Assembly (NCBI GenBank): GCA_024679065.1 | Contig: JAGIQG010000011.1 | Span: 8,494,001-8,558,000 of the forward strand | Source: Sphyrna mokarran | Lineage: Eukaryota | Direction: 5' to 3' | Length of the DNA: 64,000 nt | Part shown: positions 52,484 through 64,000 of the stretch, piece by piece | How positions within the stretch are numbered: the stretch's first letter is position 1 | How the letters are laid out: every line of letters starts with the position of its first letter | Translations under genes and position numbers: made by a program | The notes under the pieces: generated by a model | The model's input: only the letters and a program-made list of their open reading frames with translations | Told to the model about the DNA's origin: nothing | The model's database searches: none

Positions 52484-53479
52484 TTAGGTGAAGCGAGCTG
52501 CAATTAAGGCATCCTTCACTGCTCTTCCCTGCCGGACACCTGTCATTGCTGCCTGCCCTCTTTCCTCCAGCTCTTCATGCAGTGGGACACCCACCTTGCT
52601 CCCTCGCTGCTCTCCATGCTGCTGGGTGAAGTTGTGCAGGGTGCAGAGTACAATAGCAATGCATGAAGCATGCACAGAGTTATACTGTAGGGCTCCTCAG
52701 AGCAGTCCAAGCAGCAGAACCATATCGTCATCAGGTCAATGCACTCCTCACTCAACTGGGTGGCTGCATGAGCCTCATTGCAGCAGGTCTTCACCTCTGC
52801 CTCGGACCTCCACACAGACATCATTAGCCATGTCCTTAGTGGGTAATCCTTCTCACCCAGTAGCCATCCTGGGAGCCTGGGTTGATCTTCAAAGAGCCCA
52901 TGGATGTCTGACTGCCAGAGCACAAAACTGTCATGGATGCTCCCTGGATGGCGTGCATCAACCTGCATGATCTTCATTTGATGTCGCAGACAATTTGGAC
53001 ATTCAGGAACTGGAACCCCTTCAGGTTCAAAAATTACTGCGGCCTGACACGGAGGCCAAAAAAGGGAGATCCTAGCTAAGTCACCACCGTGCACTTGGAA
53101 TGATCCGAGAGCATAGAAATTGAGGGCTGCGGTCATCTTCATGTTCACAGGGAACTGGTGGCTGCTGCTCTCCTGAAGTGCCTGGTGTGAGAACACCTCT
53201 CAAATGTGTTGCACGAGCACACAAATGTCTTGAACAAGCACAGCTGCTGATGGCACATTTCCTCTGAGAGAGCCTTGAAGGCATTTCAGGGTCTGTTCCT
53301 CCTTGCCCTCGGCATCCTCCACCTTGTGCGCACCTTCTCGGAAGCCTGCTCATCTTCCTCCTGGCCTTCAGCAGCAGCCGCCTGCTCCCACTCCTGAGGG
53401 TCTGGTGGTGGCTGCTCTTACAGTGGTCTGTCCATGCCCACCACCTCCGTCTTCTCCTCCACCACTGCTGCCACCAACA
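52484..53479 (-). pseudogene. Harbinger DDE transposase (HARBI1-like), frameshifted and internally deleted
   Basis: KMTAALNFYALGSFQ, ARHPGSIHDSFV, GWLLGEKDYPLRTWLM, CTLHN, ALIAARF. Confidence 0.9.
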
Positions 53480-54023
53480 TGATGTAGAGATGCCGGCATT
53501 GGACTGGGGTAAACACAGTAAGAAGTCTGACAACATCAGTTTTAAATCCAACCGATTTATTTGATAGTAAACTTGTAAGCTTTCGGCTTTATGGCCTTCG
53601 TCAGGCAAATGAGGTGTTCTGGTCTCCAATAGCACACACATCAGCACAGACAGTTTACAGATTACTGATTAGAATGCCAAGAATCTTTACACCTAACCTG
53701 CTATTCAAGTCTTAAAGTGGCTAACAATGTGAGTGGAAGGAGCACTGAGCACAGGCTAAAGAGATGTGTATTGTCTCCAGACAGCACAGTAAATGAGGTT
53801 TTTTTACTAACCCAGGCAAGTCATGGGGGTTACAGATAGTGTGACATGAAGCCAAGATCCCTGTTAAGACCATCCTCATGTGTGCGGAACTTGGTTATCA
53901 GCCTCTGCTCAGCAGCTCTACGCTGTTGTGTAAACACTTCGGGTAAACGTTCTTCAAGTGGGCCTTCACGACACACGACAGCACAGAGCCACTGAGCAGA
54001 GACTGATAGCCAAGTTCTGCACA
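53480..54023 (-). mobile_element. Penelope-like element (GIY-YIG C-terminus + 3' UTR + pLTR) with an inverted 5' segment
   Basis: QQRRAAEQRLITKFRTHEDGLNRDLGFMSHYL* at 53830-53931 (-); plus-strand counterpart at 53937-54023. Confidence 0.88.
53572..53609 (-). ncRNA. Minimal type I hammerhead ribozyme motif
   Basis: tttgc-CTGACGA-a-ggc(cataaa)gcc-GAAA-gctt-acaag. Confidence 0.7.
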
Positions 54024-55294
54024 AGTTTCACCTGAATTGGTTCTAAATGCTCACAATAGCACAAAATCAGAATATTTTCCCATTGGCATAAGCAGTGCCA
54101 GTGAGGTGGGATACACTCACCTGAACAATGCAAATGTATGCATACTATTAACAATGCTAGACAGCCCATTTTCCCAGAGATCAGGGCACCATATATAAGG
54201 GTGCCCCAAACACAGTGTTCAGAAACAAGCCCTCCTCTCCCCCCACAACAGAAGTGGTGACCACTCCAACCCTGCTATTGACAAGGGGGCATCATAACCC
54301 CTCAGCGCAAAAGGATATCTTCTCCACGACTAAAAGATGGGTTACCCTTCTTCCCAAACAAATACACATGCACATCATGCAGGCAGGATTATGACCCAAC
54401 TGTCCCTCTCCCTCCAGTCAGAGGCCTCCCCCTTCTACTCCCCACAAGAGAGGCAAACTAATATGAGGTCCCTTCACTCCTCCTCCCCCCACTCTCTCAG
54501 GCTCCCCCCTCAACTGACTGCTTGACACCCTTAAGACTCTGCACTTTGCCAGTCTAAAATTTTACACTAACACCTGACATGGGGCCTTGGACTGTGAAGG
54601 AGGCAAGAAGGTAAGTGCTATATTTTTGTGCCCTCCACTACTGCTAGGCTGCAGAAGGAGAGTTCCCAAAGGGACTTGGGTTTTGGATGGGCTTAAGCTG
54701 GGGAGAAGGACAGTCCTCATAATTTCCCTGGATTGAGGCTTTAGTAGCGGGACTATCCTTTCTAGCACTGGGATGCCTGAAAATCACTCTTGGCATGGTG
54801 ATTTCAGACAGCTTTCTGTTCAAAATCTTCATTCTTTTCCAGGTACTGTAATACCCTTTGGAGAGGCCTAGCCACTTTAACATCCATACTCCTTGGATTC
54901 TTGGAAGCCTTCAAAATCATTACCGCACTACATTCTGCAGAAGAGATGGCTCTTTCTCTCTTTCAGATGCCCCAGTTATGAGAAGATCCTTTTGAAGTCT
55001 TCAGACTGGTATGAGCAGCCTCAAAGACTACTTGTGGACTTCCCACTGGAGAAGCGGGTACCTGGCAAGATGCCACTGTATTGGGTTTGCAGCCTGGTAA
55101 TTACATTACAATGAGCAGTTTTGCATAATCAATGGATTCCTACCTGATTGGGGCCAACACGGCAGGTCAGGTGAATCAGAATGGGGTTGACACCCATTGA
55201 GAATTCCATTTTGGCACTGATGTCCAATTCAGTTGGATTCCTACCAATGGTTAGCGGGATAACTTTGCTATCTCAGCTTGTGCTGTACTCCATC

Positions 55295-55830
55295 ATTTAA
55301 AATCACTGGAACAGAAGGCTATTTAGCCCCTCAAACCTCTTCTGCCATTCAAACAATCAACTCCATATATGCATCTTCCAAAAACCTGTCAATTTCAGAT
55401 TTAAAATTAACAATCGATTGAGTATTAATTACCTGTTTCAGAAGCAAACTCCAAATTTGTATCACCTTTGTGCAAGTGTTACCTAATTGCCGTCTTGAAA
55501 GGTGTGACTCTATGTTTTAGATGAAGCTCTTCTACCTTTAATCTCCCCAATTAGTGGAAGTAGCTCCTTTCTACCTGAAAACTTGAAACAAATCACCCTT
55601 AACCTTATAAATTTCAGGGAATGCAACCCTTCTTTGTGTACTCACTCCTCATTCTGGTAAATCTATGCTCTACTACCTTCTAAACTAATATGTACATCCC
55701 AAAGTGTAGTGCCCAGAGCTGCTCACAGTGTTCCAGATGTGGTTGAACCAGCACTTTATATTTGCCATGGAATCCATTTGGTGCATTTAAGTTTGGATAA
55801 ACCCTCATCTTTTTTGCATTTCTCCCTACT
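55295..55830 (-). mobile_element. CR1 3' fragment
   Basis: ggaacagaaggctatttagcccctcaaacc..gccattcaa..gcccagagctgctcacagtgttccagatgtgg. Confidence 0.65.
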
Positions 55831-56603
55831 TCTTGATACACAGGATAAAAAATCTTTAATTTTTAATTTAAGTCTTATTAAAGAAGACCGACACCACCTC
55901 CTATACCATTCCCACCCCTGCCCACGTGTGGTCACTTATCTTTAGGCAGTTGCATTCCTTTAATTTGGAGCAGCAGACCTTTAAAAGGCCTCTACTTTCT
56001 TGAACTGTCAGTTGAAACACCCGGTACAAGGCTCAGGCTGCTCAGTAAATATTTTTATATTATTTAATTTAGCTGTTACTGGCAAATTAGATGAATTCAC
56101 TTGAGCATCACAGTGTACTTTCCTTGAACTAACTCTTAAATTAACTATTAGTATTGAATAGTTCTCACTGATTAACCCATTAAAACAAAATGAAATTAAA
56201 ATTAACATTTTTAATTCTTTCTCTTTTCTATATCCCATATTAATAGATAGTTCATTGATGAAACCAATATCTGCAGTGAAGCCTGAATTTTTTGAGGTAC
56301 AATCATTTCCCGTGAAGAGGTATTTTTTATATCTTTATTTTCTTATATTTGATTTTCACCAATTTTCCTCTCGCTTGTAGATATTGACTCCTCGATGCAG
56401 GCAATCAGTATCAGTCACCTAAAATAACTATTATTCATGTGTAAATCTTCCTATGCGGCATCAGTGGGTGATATGAACTCTGGATTTTATAAGATGGTTA
56501 TGCTTTAAACTATCTTGGTCAATTCAAGGTAAATGGGGCAGTTTGGAAAGGAGATGAAACTTCATATGAATTCTCCTCAGAGACAAGTCTATGTCCTCTG
56601 AGA

Positions 56604-57066
56604 GAGTGCAGAGATTTACCAGGATGCTGCCTGGATTGGGAGGCAGGCCTTATGAAGATAGGTTGAGGGAGCTGGGACTCTTCTCACTGGAGAGATGTAG
56701 GTTGAGAGGCGACCTGATAGAGGTTTATAAAATGTTGAGAGGAATAGATAGGGTGGACTCTTAGAGACTATTTTCCCGAGCTGAAATGGTTACTACGAGA
56801 GGACACAGAGATTTAAGGTGCAGGGAAACAAATACAGAGGAGATGTTAGCGGTAAGTTTTTCACTCAGAGGGTAATAAGTGAATGGAATTGGCTGCCGTC
56901 GGAGGTTGTTGAGGCAAACTCACTGGGGTCTTTTAAAAGATTTCTGGATGAGTATATGGAAACAAATAAGATGGGGGGTTATAGATAGGTCTGTGGATTG
57001 GAAGATGTGATCGGCGCAACTTGTGGGCCGAAGGGCCTTTTGTGCTGTATTGTTCTATGTTCTATG
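56604..57066 (+). mobile_element. Relatively young CR1 3' end
   Basis: [50 protein letters not shown]; tail gttctatgttctatg. Confidence 0.93.
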
Positions 57067-57317
57067 AATTGGTTGTCACAGAGACAGGAGGTCCAGATCA
57101 AAACTTATTGAAAGTAAGTTTCAAGTTTTTGTATTGAACACAAGAAAGAGGTAGTTGGTCTTGCTGTGTACAGACAAACATCTCCCAAAGTCAGTCAGAC
57201 AGAGATTTGGGGAAGAAAACCTACAGCAAATGCTTTTACGTCAAGCAGGAAAGAAGAAGCATTTTTGTAGTAGCCTCTAAGCAGAGTGCTGCTGAGCATA
57301 GCTCTCCCTTTGAAGAA

Positions 57318-57480
57318 CCATAGAATCCCTACAATGCAGAAAGAGGCTAACCAGCTCATCAAATCTGCATCGACTCTCTGAACGAACATCTTACCCAGAC
57401 CCTCCTCTCTCCTCTGCCCTTTTCCCATAATCCCACGCATTTACCATGGTCAATCCACCTAGTCTGCACATCTTTGGACA
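57318..57480 (-). mobile_element. HE1 SINE 3' part
   Basis: catagaatccctacaatgcagaaagaggc..aatccacctagtctgcacatctttggac. Confidence 0.85.
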
Positions 57481-59505
57481 GAAACAAAGCTTGTGGAGAG
57501 TTACAGACCATGGAATTGACAGAGGATGCCTTGCCTCTAGAATCCCATTTGATTAGCTGAGAGGTTTGAGTGAAGGGACTTTGTTTCAAAGGACACTGGA
57601 ATATTCACCCTATTGGGGCAGGAAGAAGAAACCCACCGCAGTCCATCAGGAATGTCATTTTAATGTATTTAGATCACATCGGAATCATATCCCTTCACTG
57701 GATCTTTTGATCATGTCACCATGCAAATAAGTATAATGTTCTTCACAATGGTACATAAGCGACATTCATCTGGCATCCTGCACTTCACTCATGACTTTGA
57801 GCTTTGTTTGCCTACCTTGCAGCATGCAGCACTTACAGGAATCAGTGCAAGGCTTTGCAAGCAGCACCACATTGCTTCAGTAGATTCAGGCAATCTCTAC
57901 CTACCAGACCAGTGGTAAGACAGGGGTAGCTTTTTAATCACTGCATGGTGAGAGCTGTACCAAGGAAGGGGCAACTGGCCTCTTGCAGGAGAAGGGGCTG
58001 CAGGGCCTGACCTGTATTGGATGGCACAAGTAGGCAAGATTGATATAGACATATGATTGGGGAGAGGGCAAGGGACTAATGTCTTCAGTGCTAGAATGGG
58101 GGGAAAGAATGTTACTGATTGGCATAAGCCACTTAAGACTAGAATGGGAGAAGTAATAAGTGAAGTGCTTCAATTTTACACTGTTGAGCTTATAAAGACT
58201 TTCCTTGTCCCAAACCAGGGAGGTAGCGGGCATGTGAACCCACTCTCAGTTGTACCCAGCATGTTATGAGCAGTCTATGGTCATAACATCACATACCTTA
58301 GTCCATGGAATTTCTGACATTATAATGAACCATCACTGGAATACGTAGTCAGGATGAAACATCTGTAAGCTACAGATGGAGAAAGGACATTGGGAGTGTC
58401 CAAGGGAAAAACATGGTTAACTGAATTCATGACCTCAAGATGAGGAGGAGTGAGTTCCAAATGGGGCATCGGCACATCACCTTCAAAATGTTCAGGGGGT
58501 AACAAATGCACCACAAACACAATTGAATTGAGGAATTCAGGGGGAAGGTTGAGAGGTCTATGAGAGAGGGAAATCTGAGCTTTAAGCTCTTCCAAGATGA
58601 TAGGTAGGGTCTCTGCATCCACACAGGGACAAATAAACTAATCTGGTAGTGAGAGCTCTGCACCACTGTCTTCCAACCAGTAGCGATGCAACAGTACAAC
58701 ATTAAAATGAGAAGACTGCTGGTGGGACTATGTGGGCGGATTAGAAGCAGATGCATGCACTGGGAATGGAGGATGGGATGGGGGAGGCACAATTACAAAG
58801 GCAGCCAGCAAAACAGTGCACTCCCAAATCAGGAGGGAGTACAATAAGACATGTTAGGAGCCTTTCAATATCAATGCAGGAAATCAGAAAAGTGATGCAT
58901 TAAGGCCCATTCACGTGAGACATTCTGCAAAATGGCACTAGTTAACTTCTAGTTTTAATTGCCTTTTGCAACATGGAAATCCTCCAGAGTAATAACAAAC
59001 TCCATAGACATTGAGAAACTGGACAAGCTTCAGAAGGTTGTTGGAAAGTTGATACTGGATAACTGGCACAAGAAAAGCCCCAGGCCCTCTCAAATAATCT
59101 CAGTTAACTTCATGTTTATTCTAAATATTGGAGAGCAGTGAATTAGGATCCCTATACCTGGGCTGAAAGCAGCACATCCAAGTTCATGGCCAAAGCAATG
59201 CCACAGCAATCGATCAGATCGGGTGGGGGGAAGGATGTGGATTTGGGGAGAATTGCAGAGACCATGATACACATCCCACACTGGCCATCATTTCAGAGGT
59301 GAATGCTTACTGATAAATGAACAAAACCTTTGAACAGACATTCAATGTTGAGTTATTGATGGAAAGAGGACCTTTGGAAATTAATGTGTTCTCTTGTCTG
59401 TTTCTCACTGATACTGCAATGAGGAGACCAATAGGAAGATGGAGCCTGGATTTATCACTGCCTACATTATCATTTACAGTCAGGAGAGAAGGAGAAGTTT
59501 GCAAT

Positions 59506-59821
59506 AGAATAGAATCATAGAATCCCTTCAATGCAGAGAAGGCCACTCAGCCCACTGAGTCTAAACCATCCACAATCCCATCCAGGCAATATTCTCGTAA
59601 CCCCACGTATTTACCCTGCTAATCCCCTTGACACTAGGGTCAATTTATTGTGGCCAATCCACCTATCCTGCGCATCTGTGGAGAAAATGGGAGAATCCAG
59701 AGGAAGCCCACGCAAACACGGGGAGAATGTGTAAACTCCACACAGACCCGAGGTCGGAATTGAATCTTGGTCCCTAGCACTGTGAGGCAGCAGTGCTAAT
59801 CACTGTGCCACTGTACTGCCC
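59506..59821 (-). mobile_element. Full-length HE1 SINE
   Basis: Tail tagaatagaatcatagaatccc; V domain; tRNA-related head ..tgtgaggcagcagtgctaatcactgtgccac. Confidence 0.9.
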
Positions 59822-59879
59822 TCAATTGTCAGTGGGAGGGGCAAGAACTTGAAAACCAAGGGCCAGCAGAGCCTCCTCT

Positions 59880-60777
59880 TGACTCAGAGGATGAGGCTTA
59901 TGTAGACATCATGTACAGGGGCTCACAAAATTCAGGGTCTACGAAATTTGCCTATCTTATTTACAAGTATGTGAGAGCCAATGTTGCCAATGGTTCTACA
60001 TGTTCAGGGATCAGTTTGCTCATATTAATTCAGAATTGGTGCTACAGAGACTGGGGGAACATCCATTGCTCATGGCTCTGAAAGTAACAGCAACTCTGAA
60101 ATTCTGCACAGTGTTTCCTTCCAGGACTCCACTGGAGACTTCTGTTGGATTTTTTAAGTGCCCATGCGTAAATGTATACATGAGGTAACAAGCTACGAGC
60201 ACAGTAATATGTAAACCATATTACTTTGTTACTGCAACGTTGAGAAAGTGGTCATGCAGATTTGTGCCAGATACTCAAGTAACATCCATAATTTATAGAT
60301 CCTGAGTATATTGCAAATTCTGGATATCTTCAAATGACTGCATAAGATCCAAGTCTGGATCCTAAGTGACAATTGGTATCATTAAGGAAATGGCTGTTGA
60401 TTCTCAAGCCTCCTGCATAGAGAAAATATATGTAAGTTCATGTCGTTAACCGAGCATTGGTAGAGAACACCATAGGTATTCTAGAGATGTGATTGCCATG
60501 TCTGAACTGATTTGGCAAAGGACTCCAGAATACTCCTCACAGAGTCTCATTTGTCATCATGGTTTGTTGTACACAGCAGAACCTGGTGCTGCAAAAGGGA
60601 GAAGACTTGCCACATGAAGAGCTGGGGGAGCTGTATATCTCCTCCGATGTGGGTGATGAGTGTGAAAAAGCTGAGGCTACAGTGGAAGAGGCTACAACCT
60701 CAGCCAAAAAAGGCAACCATGCATATGAGGCCATCATTGCTACCAGATTCCACCAACAGGATAATGAGTTGCAGTGA
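59880..60777 (+). pseudogene. Harbinger transposase remnant (a Myb partner remnant probably follows on the minus strand to about 61600)
   Basis: RVYE..SYLQ, LMALKVTATLKF..FQ, WILSD, VENTIGIL, VCCTQQNL, AIIATRF. Confidence 0.8.
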
Positions 60778-62039
60778 GCATCCTCTTGGATAAGTGCCAT
60801 ACATTATGGGCCAGCATGAACACTAGAGTTGCTATTTCTCTCATTTCGCCCATATGAGACTGAATAGTTGCACATTAGGCTCATATTGTCCTGAATGTTT
60901 GAAGGATAAGGAAGACTCAGGAGCATGCATTCTTGCTGAGGTGCAGTGTTAACTGGAGGAGATTGAGGTGAGGTGCTAACTGGAGGAGGGTGTCCTGCAT
61001 CCGATGTCAGAAGATACTATTGTACCTCTTTAACATCCCAGTCACAATGGTATCTTATGAGAAGGAGGATCTCTTGCACAATTCCCAGTCGGATTGCAGT
61101 TGTATGCCTTCATTGTGATGAGGCTCTGCTAGGGTGTCTATCTCAAAAGTAATGGAACAATGCACTATGTAACTTTGATGATGAATCAGATAATTGACAC
61201 ATAGGACAAGGAAGTTAATGACGTTCAGTTGCTATTAATCCATTTAGAGTTGACTATGATGTATTCCAAATCACACTGACATCTGGCACTTTCAGTATGA
61301 AGTCTTGGGCTGAATTTATCCTCACCTTAATGTGGATGCAGATCACCTGAGCATGACCATGTCAAACACTTGCCTGCCTCACATTAAAATGCTTCCTTTT
61401 TTAACATAAATATTGTGCATCGTGGTCAGTCCTGGCCCTTGCAAAGTTCAAAATGTTCAGACACCATGAAGTCCTCAAGGACACATGTCATTGTTCATAA
61501 AGAGCACACCTCAGCTTCAGGACACCTCGTTTCTTTCCCATTGCACTCCTTAACATTGTCTAAAGCAATGACGTGCATTTCTGAGCATGTTCAAAGGCTG
61601 AATTGCTCATTAGAAATCACCATTTGAAATTTACATTCATGACCTCGGCAAGTCCTCAGGTGAGGGGGGGGGGACACAGTGCTGCATCACTACTTTGTGA
61701 CCAAGAGCCTTGTCCCTGTAATAGACAGAAATACAGGCTGAGAGATGCTGAAAGTTGGATGTTTGAGTGCTAGGACAATAATGTGGCTGAACTTCATCAC
61801 TTTGAGGTGGCAAGATGCTCCCACTTTTTGGTGAGTTTAGTAGATGTAAATCTCTGGAAGTTGAAAATACAGTTGGCTGACAGCTGCACACATAAGCTCT
61901 GAGAATGGCATAAAAACCCCGCTGAGAGGTAGAGAACACATGGAATTGCATAATACATGAACCTTCTCCATGCATGATCACATCTTTCTTTGTACACTGC
62001 ACTTTCATCTTTCAAAAATCCTACATCCTGCTTACACAT

Positions 62040-62500
62040 TTCCTCTGAACTCTTCCCTGCCAGATGAATGTGTAATGTTTCTCTTTTAGTAATCCACTCT
62101 CAGCAAGCCAGGTCTATGTAGGGAAGCTATGTCACTGTTCAGCCTATCAAGTTCCATGTCCATCACAGCTGTTTTGCACATGTTACTGATCAGCTGAAGT
62201 TGTTGCCAGTTACGTGCATATGGCCCTGATGTTACAGCTTGCCAATCAAAGAGTTCATATCTTCTTTCTTTTTGTTTATTTTGTTTATCTAGTGTGATGG
62301 ATTTTGTCCACTTGTTGGGTAGAGACTTATTGAAGCAGATGGACCTGGTGGCCTGCCCATCTTGAAGTAGGCAATCTCTTACCATCAGAGATAGAACCTG
62401 TTCACATTCTGATTATCATTCATAATTGCTGTTTGCCATGTTGTATTAACGCTCTGTGGCAAAACTGGAGTGTCCTCCCCAAGATGCAAGCCTGAGAAAG
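62040..62500 (-). mobile_element. RTE-clade LINE 5' (endonuclease N-terminus) fragment
   Basis: KTAVMDMELDRLNSDIASL..RLAESGLL..YTFIWQG resembles the RTE APE N-terminus. Confidence 0.65.
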
Positions 62501-63441
62501 ATTTCTGATGCCTTTGAGCTGCCTAAAGGTTGAAAAGTTTGAAAATACTACATTTGGTACTGTTGGTTGCAGGAGTTGCCAGAAAGATGACATGTTTAGA
62601 CATCAGTCCAAATTTGAATTTAACTCCCAATCTTCTGTCAGCTTTTATTCACCTATAGCTGGGAGTTTGGTTTATGAATGCCAGGCTGTATATACTATAT
62701 GTCTGGGGACCAAACCTCCTCCAAGATTCACAAAACTTTAGCCTGGGGCCATGAGGAGCCAAGTTCTATGTGTCACCATGAGGAGGCACAGCTGATGACT
62801 TGACAGTGGAGAAGTGGTATACTGACAGGGAGAGACCTACACATTTATCTATCTTCACTTCATTCTTGCCAGCCAGTGATGTGAGCTGAAAATGAAAAGC
62901 AAATAGACACATAAAAGCAAAAAGCACACTAAATCTCTTTGCCAAACAATAGAGACATCATATTGATCTGTTTGACATACATGAATATGTTATAAATACA
63001 GTAATAGAGTATAATCAGGAACTGCATATTGTCCATGAGGTAAATGGAGGAATCTGTAAGTGTAATTGAGAGGTAATACATTTGCAGAGTTCCTTTATTC
63101 TTTGAAATATTAATACCACCTGTGTAAAGTTCGTAAATGATTTCACTAATAATTTGGAAGAGTGACTCAGATTTTAAAAATTGCTCTCACTATAGTTATG
63201 GAATCAGCATATTAAATTACACAAATTGAAAGTGTTGGATTAATTAGCAAATAGCTTTTCCCAAACACCTACAATCAAAATTTGATTTTTATTCATCATA
63301 AAGATTGTACTCACATTGCTAAACTGGAGAATTTATTTCAAAGCATGTTAATTAGGTATAATTTGCAGTTATGTAAGACAATTATTCTATAACTGTGCCA
63401 GAGGTGTGAGCTCTAACCAGATACTACCATTATTTTTTGGT

Positions 63442-63975
63442 AACCTATGAAGAGAGATTGAATAGACTGGGTCTGTACTATTGGAGTTTAGAAGGCAGAG
63501 GGAGGTCCTTATGGAGATGTGTAAGACAATAAAGGGGATAGATAGGATAGAGGTAGAGAGATTCTTCCCACTTAGAAAGGATAGCAGGACTAGGGGACAA
63601 ATAGGGTAGAGGTAGAGAGATTCTTTTTGCTTAGAAAGGATAGCTGGACTAGAGGGCATAGCCTCAAAATAAGGGGGGGGGGGGTGGTGGAGGAGGCACA
63701 GTTTAGATCAGAGTTGAGGAGGAACTTCTTCACTCAAAGAGTGGTGAATCTCTGGAATTCTCTGCCCGTTGAAGTGTTGGAGGCTACCTCGTTGAATATA
63801 TTTCATGGGTAGATAGGTTTCTGATAGATAAGGGAATTAAGGGATTTGGGTAGAAAGCAGGAAAGTGGAACTGATCCACTTCAGATCAGCCATGATCTTA
63901 TTAAACGGCAGGGTAGGCTTGAAGAGCTAGGTGGCCTACTCCTGCTCCTATTTCTTATGTTATGTTCTTATGTTC
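63442..63975 (+). mobile_element. CR1 3' end with an internal 59-bp tandem duplication
   Basis: RLGL..TRGHSLKI..RRNFFTQRVVNLWNSLP; tail ttcttatgttatgttcttatgttc. Confidence 0.92.
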
Positions 63976-64000
63976 AAATACTTTTTCTGCAACTGAAAGG

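Larger units (their letters stand above)
49381..55265. mobile_element. Near full-length Harbinger/PIF transposon, decayed
   Basis: Convergent Myb/SANT gene (+) and transposase (-); left terminus homologous to local MITE ends; right boundary approximate. Confidence 0.85.

Noticed and set aside
52543-53196. Longest ORF (217 aa) as a domesticated HARBI1 gene
   Set aside because: Frameshifts, an internal deletion removing the first catalytic Asp region, a GD-to-GE change and a PLE insertion mark it as a dead transposase
56572-56605. Small hairpin at the CR1 5' junction (ctcagag..ctctgag)
   Set aside because: Short and imperfect; not distinguishable from chance

Overview
Eukaryotic, repeat-dominated genomic DNA, most likely from a cartilaginous fish (shark-like), judging by the HE1/V-SINE, Deu-SINE, CR1, L2, Penelope and Harbinger families present. 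I recognise no intact host gene, and most ORF-track entries are spurious or transposon remnants. Main contents: (1) a decayed minus-strand Gmr1-like Gypsy LTR retrotransposon with integrase upstream of RT (12292-17425); (2) a decayed plus-strand Mag-type Gypsy element with both LTRs and a 5-bp target-site duplication, TSD (39508-44687); (3) at least six Harbinger/PIF remnants (HARBI-like transposase and/or spliced Myb/SANT gene) plus related MITEs; (4) three related Penelope-like element (PLE) ends carrying minimal hammerhead ribozyme motifs, one a perfect 106-bp fold-back flanked by a 14-bp TSD (38656-38937); (5) a 225-bp TGT...ACA fold-back element with a 5-bp TSD; (6) many SINE and LINE fragments; (7) a few unassigned candidate exons. 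Family names come from motif recognition only, with no database search, and boundaries of decayed elements are approximate.
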